From Dehalococcoidia bacterium (GTDB taxonomy: Bacteria; Chloroflexota; Dehalococcoidia; GIF9; AB-539-J10), in the NCBI GenBank assembly GCA_030611085.1, contig JAUWQI010000006.1, positions 1 through 52,781 of the forward strand: a stretch of 52,781 nt of DNA. The letters run 5' to 3'. Shown one piece after another: positions 26,970 to 35,904 of this stretch (its first letter is position 1; every line of letters begins with the position of its first letter). The position numbers were made by a program, and so were the translations under genes. The notes under the pieces are model-generated. The model was not told the origin of the DNA, did no database searches, and was given only the letters and a program-made list of their open reading frames with translations.

Positions 26970-27563
26970 ATGTTGCTATGTGCCCACACGGGTTTGACTT
27001 TAGGAGCAGTGAAGAGTCTTTCGCTGGTCCGCTCTTTATCCAGAAGAAAAGGCGTTACTACTACATCAAATGTAAAAAAGGCTGCTACCACTCTGGGGCA
27101 TTGCTCGCTCAGGAACTTCATTGATTATAGGCTGGTGCTAGTTGGCTCCTTGCTCCCAGACATCATTGATAAGCCGCTGGGGATAATACTACTGGGCAAC
27201 GGACGGGCATTTGCACACAGTTTGCTCTTCAATTTCATTCTGATTTCTATAGGAATTTGGCTTTATTACAAGCGGAGGAGGTCTGGTTTCCTTATTTTTT
27301 CACTTTGCTCTGCAGGCCATCTCATCTTAGATGAAATGTGGCACAATCCAGTCACCCTATTTTGGCCGCTATATGGTCGCTTTGTTACAACTGAGGCACA
27401 CAGTTTCACCGGCTGGCTTGTGAAGTTGATGTACCAGGTCCCTGAAATGAGCCTCCATACTCAAGTTGCTGAAATTATAGGAGCTGTGGCACTTGTTTGC
27501 TTTCTTAGAGAGCTAATAACAAAAAGGGGGATTCTGGCTTTCGTCAAAACAGGCGAAGTTTAA
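26970..27563 (+). CDS. Membrane metal-dependent hydrolase (YdjM-like)
   Basis: AH, GSLLPDIIDKP, R.FAHSL, HLILD. Confidence 0.85.
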   Translation: MLLCAHTGLTLGAVKSLSLVRSLSRRKGVTTTSNVKKAATTLGHCSLRNFIDYRLVLVGSLLPDIIDKPLGIILLGNGRAFAHSLLFNFILISIGIWLYYKRRRSGFLIFSLCSAGHLILDEMWHNPVTLFWPLYGRFVTTEAHSFTGWLVKLMYQVPEMSLHTQVAEIIGAVALVCFLRELITKRGILAFVKTGEV

Positions 27564-27678
27564 CTCATCGATGCTACTTATGATGAAGCGGCAAAATGAA
27601 AGCGGAGAAGGAAGGTTATCATCCTTGCGGTTTATACTGATTATACTGAGGCTAGTCGGACAGCTTTATCTCCGCTCC

Positions 27679-28644
27679 TCAAATTGCTCTTATCTCCTCT
27701 CTCATAAATCTTATGTAGGAGACAGCGAAGCATATAACTGCCAAAGCTATTATGCCCATTACCTGAGGCCAGACAAGCAAAAGGCTCTGGTCGAAAGGAA
27801 GAGGAGTTAACATCCTACCAGAAGCATAAGTGCTTATCACCATTAGGGCTAGAAAACTGGCGCTTCCCAACGCAGGTACCGATAATATGGCAGCGACAGC
27901 TTCTCCATAAAGAGTGGACGGTGAAATGCGACTAATTATCCCGTGAACTTCAGCATTTTTACTTATCATTGCCATGCTAGAATTTTGGTCAATTGGCACT
28001 GCTGCGTTAGCAATAGCTCCAGGAATTACAGGAAACACAGACATAAAGAAGAAAAGGAATACCCATAAGCCTATCGAAGCCAACATAGAAGTAGCTGCCG
28101 ATTTGAACAAAATGGAGAAAAGCGTGGCCAGCGCCATCCAGAAGGCTCCGTAAATTACACTTATTAGCACAAAGACTAGAAGCCGCAAAACTTCCTCTGA
28201 GCTAGGTGGCACACCGATGATGCGTAGCCCCAATCCAGCAACAATAGCAATTACGCTTACTACCATGATGCTGAGAACAGCTAACCCAGCAAGAAACTTA
28301 CCATTTATTACCGAATCTCTGTAGATTGGCTGTGCTAAAAGGCGGCTTAAGTTGCCGCTAGCTCGTTCACTGTTTATGGCATCGAAGCCAAGAGCTATCC
28401 CTACGATGGGGATAAGGAGGGAAATAAAGAAGAGGAAGGGAGGCAAAAGGAAAGGCCATCCTTTTACAGAAGTGGTGAAGAGCTTGAGAAATACAAATTC
28501 AGTGGTTGGGGTTAGTTCACTCCTTATATTCTGAAAGGCTATATAAGTAGCAAACATCGCTGCCAGCAAAACCAGGATAAAGAGAATTGCGAACCTTCTA
28601 CTAGCAAAATGGTCAGCTAGTTCCTTGCGAAAAACAACATACAT
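27679..28644 (-). CDS. ABC-2 type transporter permease
   Basis: RKEL.DH, GFDAINSER.SG.L.RLLAQPI.R...INGKF; multiple TMs. Confidence 0.9.
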   Translation of the reverse strand: MYVVFRKELADHFASRRFAILFILVLLAAMFATYIAFQNIRSELTPTTEFVFLKLFTTSVKGWPFLLPPFLFFISLLIPIVGIALGFDAINSERASGNLSRLLAQPIYRDSVINGKFLAGLAVLSIMVVSVIAIVAGLGLRIIGVPPSSEEVLRLLVFVLISVIYGAFWMALATLFSILFKSAATSMLASIGLWVFLFFFMSVFPVIPGAIANAAVPIDQNSSMAMISKNAEVHGIISRISPSTLYGEAVAAILSVPALGSASFLALMVISTYASGRMLTPLPFDQSLLLVWPQVMGIIALAVICFAVSYIRFMREEIRAI

Positions 28645-28646
28645 AG

Positions 28647-29579
28647 CTAAATCTCCCTAAAATACTTTTTGTAAATCCTCTCCAGACTATATTCCTCTAT
28701 TTTCATTCCAATTAGTAGATTGCCACTATCAACAATCACTTTGGCTATTTGCCCTCTTAAATCCTTTTCACAGCTAATAAGCAGTGAGTTGCCAGAGGCT
28801 TGCACCTCTACTACCCCCTTAACTCGTTTTATAGAATCGCTAAGTTTAGAATCTAACTTGGCTACTTCAACTTCGATGCGATATCGCCCACCACCTATAC
28901 TTTGCCTTCCTAAGCGGTCCACCGAGCCTTCAGCTACCAAACGCCCCTTGGCTAATATCCCCACTCGGGTACATATCTTCTGAACTTGGTGCAGCTGGTG
29001 GGAGCAGAAGATGATGGTTATCCCCTTTTTAGCCATCCTCACCATGAGATTGAGAATGTCGTCGATGCCTTCGGGGTCTATGCCTGAGGTAGGTTCATCA
29101 AGGAAGGCGAGCTTTGGCTCCTTAATCCATATATCAACTATGCCTAACCTCTGTTTCATCCCTCGGGAGAGCTTGCTAACTTCTTCATCAGCTACTTTAG
29201 ACAGTCCCACTGTAGCTAAGAGGTTGCTTATCCTTTTCTCGGCTTCCCCCTGTGACAGACTATTTAGCTCGGCAGTGTACCTCAGATTTTGCTTAACAGT
29301 CATATCTTCGTAAAAACCAACCCTTTCTGGCAGATAGCTAACGATGCGCTTTACCTTTAGGGGTTCTCTAGTTGAGTTATAGCCACAAACCTGTGCTTCC
29401 CCCGAGCTAGGCTCGGTAAGCCCCATAAGCATCAACATAGTCGTTGTTTTACCCGCACCATTAGGACCGAGGAAACCAAAAATTTCCCCTTCCTCTATGC
29501 GGAGGTTAAGCCCATCAACAGCGGTGAAACCATCATAGGTCTTAGTTAAATCCTTTGTCTCAACAACCACTTGCCCCAC
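28647..29579 (-). CDS. ABC transporter ATP-binding protein
   Basis: GPNGAGKTT, LSRGMKQR, LDEPT, CSH. Confidence 0.95.
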   Translation of the reverse strand: MGQVVVETKDLTKTYDGFTAVDGLNLRIEEGEIFGFLGPNGAGKTTTMLMLMGLTEPSSGEAQVCGYNSTREPLKVKRIVSYLPERVGFYEDMTVKQNLRYTAELNSLSQGEAEKRISNLLATVGLSKVADEEVSKLSRGMKQRLGIVDIWIKEPKLAFLDEPTSGIDPEGIDDILNLMVRMAKKGITIIFCSHQLHQVQKICTRVGILAKGRLVAEGSVDRLGRQSIGGGRYRIEVEVAKLDSKLSDSIKRVKGVVEVQASGNSLLISCEKDLRGQIAKVIVDSGNLLIGMKIEEYSLERIYKKYFREI

Positions 29580-29582
29580 TCC

Positions 29583-30509
29583 TTACCTCCTGCCCAACTG
29601 CCTAAAGCCTACTACTAAACCAGCTATTACAGCAATTACAATTCCCAATCCTATCCACCCCCAATGACTAGGCGTCGATACTGCTACCCTTATCTCCAAT
29701 TTGGGGGGGGCGTTCACTGAAGATTTGGGTTCGCTATCAAAGTTTAGAGTAACAGGATAATCACCAGCTATAGTCTTGGACGGTGGCTTCACAACAACTT
29801 CAACCTCCTCGCTACTGCCGGGAGATAGAGATTCTATCTTCTCCGGTTTAAAAGTTATGCTCCATTCCTCACCACCGACTCCAGTCGGTTTGCTTGAGGA
29901 GAAAGTAACTTTATCCAAAACCGTAGTTCCAATATTAGTCACAATAATAGGTAGATAGCTAGATTCGCCAGCTTTTGCCTTGATATTGAGCCGACCGCTA
30001 GTCGTTTGAACCATGAAATCAGACCTGCCTGTGACCATAACTTTAAATTCTATGCTATCCTTGGGTTCCCCTGAACTGTCCTCTGCTACCTTCAGCCGTA
30101 TAGTGTACTCCCCTGGCTCTGGCAACCTCCAGGGCACCCCTCGAGCCACCACTGCTATTTGTTCCGCGTAACCCTTTTCAGGGTCAAGATAAATAGACGG
30201 TATGATTTTCTCTGTCTCCCCATAAGCTCCTGACCGAACATCTATTACCCAATCAGGAGGCCCCTCAGTATAAAAGTCAAAAAGCTTTTTTTGCTCTCCA
30301 CCCTCATAGGAAAGCTGAACATCGAATTTAAAATACTGCTCAGCCTCGCCAGATAATTCTGGAAACTTGCAGCTAAGTTCGACTTTTTCCTCAGGCAAAG
30401 AAGTAGGTTCCTCTGCTCCAACTATGGCTCGCTGATTTACCAACCCTCCAAACATTGCTAGGCATAAGGTAATACAAGCTACAAGACAAGCTAGCTTCAC
30501 TTTATTCAT
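29583..30509 (-). CDS. NEW3-domain exported protein associated with the ABC transporter
   Basis: Signal peptide, V.N.G, P.GW-like, I.SLSPG, AGDY, C-terminal WGWIG TM ending GRR. Confidence 0.8.
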   Translation of the reverse strand: MNKVKLACLVACITLCLAMFGGLVNQRAIVGAEEPTSLPEEKVELSCKFPELSGEAEQYFKFDVQLSYEGGEQKKLFDFYTEGPPDWVIDVRSGAYGETEKIIPSIYLDPEKGYAEQIAVVARGVPWRLPEPGEYTIRLKVAEDSSGEPKDSIEFKVMVTGRSDFMVQTTSGRLNIKAKAGESSYLPIIVTNIGTTVLDKVTFSSSKPTGVGGEEWSITFKPEKIESLSPGSSEEVEVVVKPPSKTIAGDYPVTLNFDSEPKSSVNAPPKLEIRVAVSTPSHWGWIGLGIVIAVIAGLVVGFRQLGRR

Positions 30510-30624
30510 CTTTACACTCTCCTAAAATCTACAATTCGATTTTACATCTTAGCTGAATTTGTTTATTATATCAAGTGAAAATGTTTAAGCAATCAAATAT
30601 GTATCTTAGTAGCATGGCATTTTT

Positions 30625-31338
30625 ATGACAAGAATAGACAATCGAGCTAATAACAAGCTTCGCCGGGTGCATATAGCGTTGGGCTATCAGAGTTTCGCTG
30701 AAGGTTCAGCCTTAATTGAACTCGGAAAGACGAGGGTGCTATGCTCTGTGAGTATGGAGGAGCGGGTGCCCCGTTTTCTTAAAGGCAACAGCCAGGGCTG
30801 GGTTACTGCCGAATATGCTATGTTGCCTCGCTCTACACTTACCCGTACACCACGTAATAGGACAGAAGGGAGAAGCCAGGAAATCCAGCGCTTTATTGGA
30901 CGCAGTTTAAGAGCAGCAACCAACTTAGCTGCTTTAGGAGAGAGAACCTTCGTTGTGGATTGCGATGTGCTGCAAGCAGATGGTGGCACCAGGACAGCAG
31001 CTATCACCGGCGGATATGTCGCCTTATATCAAGCTTTCCACAATTTGAGAAAGCAGGGCATTTTGCCATTTATGCCCCTCACCAAAATGATAGCTGCCAC
31101 CAGCACTGGCATTGTGCATGGGGATATGCTGCTTGACTTGTGCTATGAAGAGGACTCCCGAGCTGATGTTGATTTCAATGTAGTCATGACCGACAAGAAC
31201 GAGTTCGTGGAAATTCAAGGAACTGCCGAAGGCAAACCTTTCTCCAAAGAAGCTGCCGACTCGCTGCTTTCCCTGGCCCAGCAAGGAATAAATAAGCTAT
31301 TCAAAACTCAAAGGGAAGCTTTGCGAGCTTTGTCTTAA
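30625..31338 (+). CDS. rph: Ribonuclease PH
   Basis: GWVTAEYAMLPRST, GRSQEIQR.IGRSLRA, DCDVLQADGGTRTA, EIQGTAE. Confidence 0.97.
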   Translation: MTRIDNRANNKLRRVHIALGYQSFAEGSALIELGKTRVLCSVSMEERVPRFLKGNSQGWVTAEYAMLPRSTLTRTPRNRTEGRSQEIQRFIGRSLRAATNLAALGERTFVVDCDVLQADGGTRTAAITGGYVALYQAFHNLRKQGILPFMPLTKMIAATSTGIVHGDMLLDLCYEEDSRADVDFNVVMTDKNEFVEIQGTAEGKPFSKEAADSLLSLAQQGINKLFKTQREALRALS

Positions 31339-32627
31339 GGGCGAATCTGCCCACTACCAAAGATAATCCACTTGTAGCTGGTGAGCTCTTTAAGAGCCAT
31401 AGGCCCGCGAGCGTGGAATTTCTGGGTGCTTATGCCAAGCTCGGCGCCTAAGCCAAATTGCGCACCATCGGTAAATCTGGTGCTGGCATTGGCATAAACA
31501 CAGGCGGCATCCACTTCATTGAGAAACCTCATCGCTGCTGAATAATCTTCGGTAACAATAGCTTCAGAATGCCCCGAGCCATAGGTCTCAATATGTTCCA
31601 GAGCTTCATCTAAAGAATCAACCACCTTGATAGCTGCTTTTAGCGAAAGATATTCCTTTCCCCAATCTTCGTCTTCAGCCGGGACTAAGAGATTCTTCAC
31701 TTCGTTCAGAATGACATTGTTGGCTTTAAGGATAGCCAGTGCTCTCTCATCGCAATGCATTTCCACCCCAGCCTTTGCCCACTCTTTGGCAATGGAAGGT
31801 AGGTAATTGGGGGCAACCTGACTATGAACCAGAAGGCAATCCAGTGCATTGCACACAGTGGGACGCTGAACCTTGGCATTATAAGCGATGGCTACAGCTT
31901 TATTAAGGTCAGCAGATTTATCCACATAGGTGTGGCAAACACCTATCCCACCGGTAACCACTGGCATAGCAGCATTTTCCGAGACAAGCTTTATCAACCC
32001 AGCGCCACCACGGGGAATTATCAAGTCAATTATCCCTTTCATCCTAAGCATACGATTGACTAAAACCCGCTCTGTAGATTCAATAAATTGAATTGCCCCT
32101 TGAGGCACTCCAGCTCGATAACAGGCTTCTTGAGCTACTTTGGCTAATGCAGTATTGGAATTTACAGCCTCTCTGCCACCACGAAGGACGACGGCATTGC
32201 CTGATTTAAGGCACAAAGATGATATATCTATGGTAACATTGGGGCGACTCTCGTATATGGCTCCAATCACCCCTAAAGGGACTCGCTTCTTGCCTATCTG
32301 CAAACCATTGGGCAGAGTCTTCATCTCAATTATCTCGCCCACAGGGTCGGGCAAGACAGCTACTGTTCTTGTGTCCTGTGACATACTTTCCAGGCGGTCT
32401 TCTGATAACATAAGCCTATCCAGCATAGCTTCGTTCATCCCTGAAGCTTTAGCCTCGCCATAGTCAACTTTATTGGCAGCTAAAATTTCATCCTGTTTAG
32501 TAACAAGAGCATCAGCGACATTGAGCAAAGCCTTATTCTTGATTTCCGTAGAAAGGAAAGCCAGCTTCTTCGAAGCTGCCTTGGCAGCCTTTCCTTTTTC
32601 TTCCAGTTCTTTTATAGCTGATTTCAT
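31335..32627 (-). CDS. proA: Gamma-glutamyl phosphate reductase
   Basis: VPLGVIGAIYESRPNVT, VCNA, SGHSEAI, NASTRFTDG, HARGPM. Confidence 0.97.
   Translation of the reverse strand: MKSAIKELEEKGKAAKAASKKLAFLSTEIKNKALLNVADALVTKQDEILAANKVDYGEAKASGMNEAMLDRLMLSEDRLESMSQDTRTVAVLPDPVGEIIEMKTLPNGLQIGKKRVPLGVIGAIYESRPNVTIDISSLCLKSGNAVVLRGGREAVNSNTALAKVAQEACYRAGVPQGAIQFIESTERVLVNRMLRMKGIIDLIIPRGGAGLIKLVSENAAMPVVTGGIGVCHTYVDKSADLNKAVAIAYNAKVQRPTVCNALDCLLVHSQVAPNYLPSIAKEWAKAGVEMHCDERALAILKANNVILNEVKNLLVPAEDEDWGKEYLSLKAAIKVVDSLDEALEHIETYGSGHSEAIVTEDYSAAMRFLNEVDAACVYANASTRFTDGAQFGLGAELGISTQKFHARGPMALKELTSYKWIIFGSGQIRP
31689..31716 (-). repeat. Family A unit inside proA (in frame)
   Basis: Minus strand TGTCATTCTGAACGAAGTGAAGAATCTC, read as VILNEVKNL. 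Confidence 0.85.
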
Positions 32628-32643
32628 GGTTCTTCTCCTTATT

Positions 32644-32696
32644 TGTGGTTGCCTGATTTATCAGGCATAATTCGCCCAATAAATTGGGCAACTACA
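32644..32696 (-). repeat. Family B REP doublet between the MTase and proA
   Basis: TGTGGTTGCCTGATTTATCAGGC-ataattc-GCCCAATAAATTGGGCAACTACA, abutting the MTase stop. Confidence 0.9.
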
Positions 32697-33668
32697 TTAC
32701 TTTTCAGCCTTAGATTGCCCTTCATATACACCCATATCTGCTCTGCCTTCTTTAACTATAAAATCGAATAAAGTGGGGATATTCTGGACATAGCTAACCC
32801 TTCTAATTCTTCTCTCCGCTAACTTAACATATTCCTCGTTTATGTCATAACCTACATAGTGTCGTTTTGTTTTTATCGCCGCTAAACCCGCTTGCCCACT
32901 CCCCATAAAGGGGTCTAAAACAACCTCTCCTTCATAAGTATAGAGCTGGATAAGCCTATATGGTAACTCTACAGGGAAAGGGGCAGGATGCCCGATGCTC
33001 CTTGCCTGCTCCGCCGGGAATGTCCATACACTTTTAGTAAATTCAAGGAATTCCTCTCTAGATATAGTGTTATGCTTATCTGGGTACTTCCTGTGGCTAA
33101 ATGTCCCTTTAGAAAAAACCAGGATATATTCGTGAATATCCCTCAGTGTAGGATTAGCTGCAGAGAGCCAACTTCCCCAAGCTGTGGAAGGGCTAGAACT
33201 TGAAGCCTTGTTCCAGATAATCTCTCCTCGCATCAGAAAACCTAATTCAAGCATATCTTCGATAATAAAAGTGTGAAGGGGGATATATGGTTTTCTCCCC
33301 AAGTTGGCAATATTTATGCAAGCTCTGCCCCCTGGCACAAGCACTCTGTAAACCTCTCGCCATACCCTTTTGAGGAATTCTTTGTATCCTTCCAGCGTCA
33401 AATCTTCATCATACTCTTTCCCCACGTTGTAAGGTGGAGAGGTAACCATCAAGTGAACGCTATTATCAGGCAATTCCGCCATTTTCTCACTTGATCTACA
33501 AAATATCTTATCTAGAAATTCAGGAGGAATGAGATTCTCTTCATATTTGACCTTTTCTTCTTTAGGTAAGCCTTCGTAAAGCTTGCTAGCATAGAATCGA
33601 GTGGAATCGTGATTTATCCGACCTGGCGAACCAAATGAACTCGTCTTAGTGCCCCTGCTCTTATTCAT
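32697..33668 (-). CDS. Beta-class amino (probably N4-cytosine) DNA methyltransferase
   Basis: TSPPY before HPAPFP and LDPFMGSG. Confidence 0.92.
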   Translation of the reverse strand: MNKSRGTKTSSFGSPGRINHDSTRFYASKLYEGLPKEEKVKYEENLIPPEFLDKIFCRSSEKMAELPDNSVHLMVTSPPYNVGKEYDEDLTLEGYKEFLKRVWREVYRVLVPGGRACINIANLGRKPYIPLHTFIIEDMLELGFLMRGEIIWNKASSSSPSTAWGSWLSAANPTLRDIHEYILVFSKGTFSHRKYPDKHNTISREEFLEFTKSVWTFPAEQARSIGHPAPFPVELPYRLIQLYTYEGEVVLDPFMGSGQAGLAAIKTKRHYVGYDINEEYVKLAERRIRRVSYVQNIPTLFDFIVKEGRADMGVYEGQSKAEK

Positions 33669-34297
33669 TCCTCCCTCCAGTGATCAACCCATCTCTCGTA
33701 TGGATCATAGTCTATTTCCATTCTTCGCCAGTATATCCCAATGGCTTTGGAATCCTTATCTGCAACTAAAGCTTCTAAGGCCTCTTTGCTAATTTCCACG
33801 CCTCGGGGATTTGTTCCTGGCTTGGGGAGCTTGATATATCTTTCTTTGCCAATCTTTGTAAACACTTTCCTTTGAATCTCTAAAGGTAAGTAATAAAATC
33901 CACCCTCAGCATCCCAATTAATCTGTACAAGTAAAACATCACAGCAAGGATAGTAACTCTCACAAAATTCCCTTGCTTTTTGAGTGTCAACCGTCCATGT
34001 TAGCTTAACTCCACTAAGTCCTTTGCCTGTAATTGTTTTGATGGAAATAGATTGTCCGAACAACTTCAGGTCAACCTCGGGTTCAGTGATGGGAATTCCT
34101 GTCTCTACATTCTCCTCTCCAAACTTATAAATAAGCAAAGCTATTATTATGTTTTCCCTAAGCGAACCCACTTGCATTCCAATGTTTCCTGCTCGTGAGC
34201 TTTCTAGCTCAGCAATGCGAAATAAGCGAGGTAATTTCTTCTGTATTCTAGCTTTGAGCTCTTTATCCTTAAAGACTTCTATGAGATGGCTATTCAC
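33665..34297 (-). CDS. Type II restriction endonuclease, ThaI-like
   Basis: KLPRLF.IAELESSRAG.IGM.VGS.RE, EPEVD...ISIKT (PD-D/ExK variant); ATGA overlap with the MTase. Confidence 0.75.
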   Translation of the reverse strand: MNSHLIEVFKDKELKARIQKKLPRLFRIAELESSRAGNIGMQVGSLRENIIIALLIYKFGEENVETGIPITEPEVDLKLFGQSISIKTITGKGLSGVKLTWTVDTQKAREFCESYYPCCDVLLVQINWDAEGGFYYLPLEIQRKVFTKIGKERYIKLPKPGTNPRGVEISKEALEALVADKDSKAIGIYWRRMEIDYDPYERWVDHWREE

Positions 34298-34329
34298 TTA
34301 TTTACTCCTCAAGCAACTCATCGAATCAT

Positions 34330-34391
34330 TCATAACACCACCATGATTGTTTCCATGAATCACCTCGCCGCCATAATCATAGTGCCAGAAG
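34330..34391 (-). pseudogene. Duplicated, degenerate 3' end of proB
   Basis: Reads LL-YDYGGEVIHGNN-MVVL* (two +1 indels) versus proB LLGHEYGDEVIHRNNMVVL* at 34720-34779. Confidence 0.85.
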
Positions 34392-34392
34392 G

Positions 34393-34692
34393 CTATGCCC
34401 AGGCTCCTATGGGATGAAACATAAATATTGCGCTCAGAGTTAGTCCCAGCAATACCAAACATCCCATAACTATCCCGGCAACCAATAACCCTCTTATCTG
34501 AGCACTTCTAGCATCGGTCACTGTAATGACTTGTCTGTGGATTATCCCGCTGTAGATACAAAAGATGGCACAAACGCCTGATACGACCCAAAGGATACTC
34601 CCAACAGTGCCCCAAAAGTGCGCCATATATGTGGCTATTGAGATACAACTAACGATATAGCTCGCTAGAGCCCATTTCTCTTCTGTTTTCAT
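34393..34692 (-). CDS. Small 3-TM hypothetical membrane protein
   Basis: SD AAGGAGG; three hydrophobic segments. Confidence 0.7.
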   Translation of the reverse strand: MKTEEKWALASYIVSCISIATYMAHFWGTVGSILWVVSGVCAIFCIYSGIIHRQVITVTDARSAQIRGLLVAGIVMGCLVLLGLTLSAIFMFHPIGAWA

Positions 34693-34719
34693 CTTGCCTC
34701 CTTAATAATTTTTAATTCG

Positions 34720-35832
34720 CTACAATACTACCATATTATTTCTATGAATCACCTCGTCGCCATATTCATGGCCTAGAAGAGCCAGGATTTTATCGGAATG
34801 CGCTCCTTCAATAACAAGAATATCACTGGAATCGTAGTTTGAGATGCCGCAGGCAACATGCTTGCCCCGCTTATCAAAGATGTCCACGATGTCACCACGC
34901 TGGAAATCTCCTTCTGCACTTAGCACACCCGCAGGCAGTAAGCTTTTATTTTGCTCCTTAAGAGCTAGCATAGCACCTTTGTCCACTACTATCTTGCCTT
35001 TAGAAGCCAGCCCTGAGAGCATCCACCGCTTTTTACTTTCCATCTTACTCTGTCGTGGGAGGAAAAGTGTGCCTATTTCTTCGCCCCGGCTAATTCTCAC
35101 CAGAACATCAGGTTCTCGCCCATTGGCAATAATTACGCTCACTCCCGAAGAGATTGCTAATTTAGCCGCTTCTATTTTGGTTATCATGCCTCCAGTTCCG
35201 TAACGGTTAGTGGTATCTCTAGCCAGATTTTCGATTTCAGCATCAATCTCATCTACTCGTCGAATGAGTTGCGCTTCAGGATTATAATGTGGGTCGGCAG
35301 TATACAAGCCACCGGTATCGGTAAGCAGCACTAAAAGGTCGGCATCAACCAGGTTAGCCACCATAGCGGAAAGATTATCATTATCTCCGAATTTAAGCTG
35401 CCCAATCTCATCAGTGGCAACGACATCGTTTTCATTGACGATGCAGATTACACCAAGCTCGATAAGAGCCAGCAAAGTATTACGAGCATTAAGATAACCA
35501 CTGCGCTCAGACATATCCACCTTAGTAAGCAATGCCTGGGCTATGGTTATGTCATGTTGACTAAAGAGCTGCTCGTAAGTGTGGATAAGATGACCTTGCC
35601 CTACCGAAGCCAGAATCTGCTTAAAAGGTGTATTTTTGCTCTCGGGAACTCCTTTAAGTTTTTCCCTTCCAGCAGCAATGGCTCCTGAGGAAACTATTAT
35701 TATCTCCCTTCCCTGCCGGTGAAGCAGAGCTACCTGCTCTGCCAAATTAGCCATAAGAGGCAAATCAAGATGGTTAGCACCTGAGGTAAGGAGATTTGTG
35801 CCAACTTTAGCTACTATACGGTGATAAAGCAT
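34720..35832 (-). CDS. proB: Glutamate 5-kinase with PUA domain
   Basis: KVGTN, VSSGAI, NEND, FGDND.LSA, GTGGM.TK, SLLPAG. Confidence 0.97.
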   Translation of the reverse strand: MLYHRIVAKVGTNLLTSGANHLDLPLMANLAEQVALLHRQGREIIIVSSGAIAAGREKLKGVPESKNTPFKQILASVGQGHLIHTYEQLFSQHDITIAQALLTKVDMSERSGYLNARNTLLALIELGVICIVNENDVVATDEIGQLKFGDNDNLSAMVANLVDADLLVLLTDTGGLYTADPHYNPEAQLIRRVDEIDAEIENLARDTTNRYGTGGMITKIEAAKLAISSGVSVIIANGREPDVLVRISRGEEIGTLFLPRQSKMESKKRWMLSGLASKGKIVVDKGAMLALKEQNKSLLPAGVLSAEGDFQRGDIVDIFDKRGKHVACGISNYDSSDILVIEGAHSDKILALLGHEYGDEVIHRNNMVVL

Positions 35833-35904
35833 TATGCTGAATTATAGCAGGAATAAAAGTCGACAGAGAAGACTATAAGATGTTGGACATATTGAAGCAA
35901 AACT

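Noticed and set aside
29703-29710. C8 tract in the NEW3 gene as a phase-variation site
   Set aside because: Short, in frame (APPK), and no evidence of variation.
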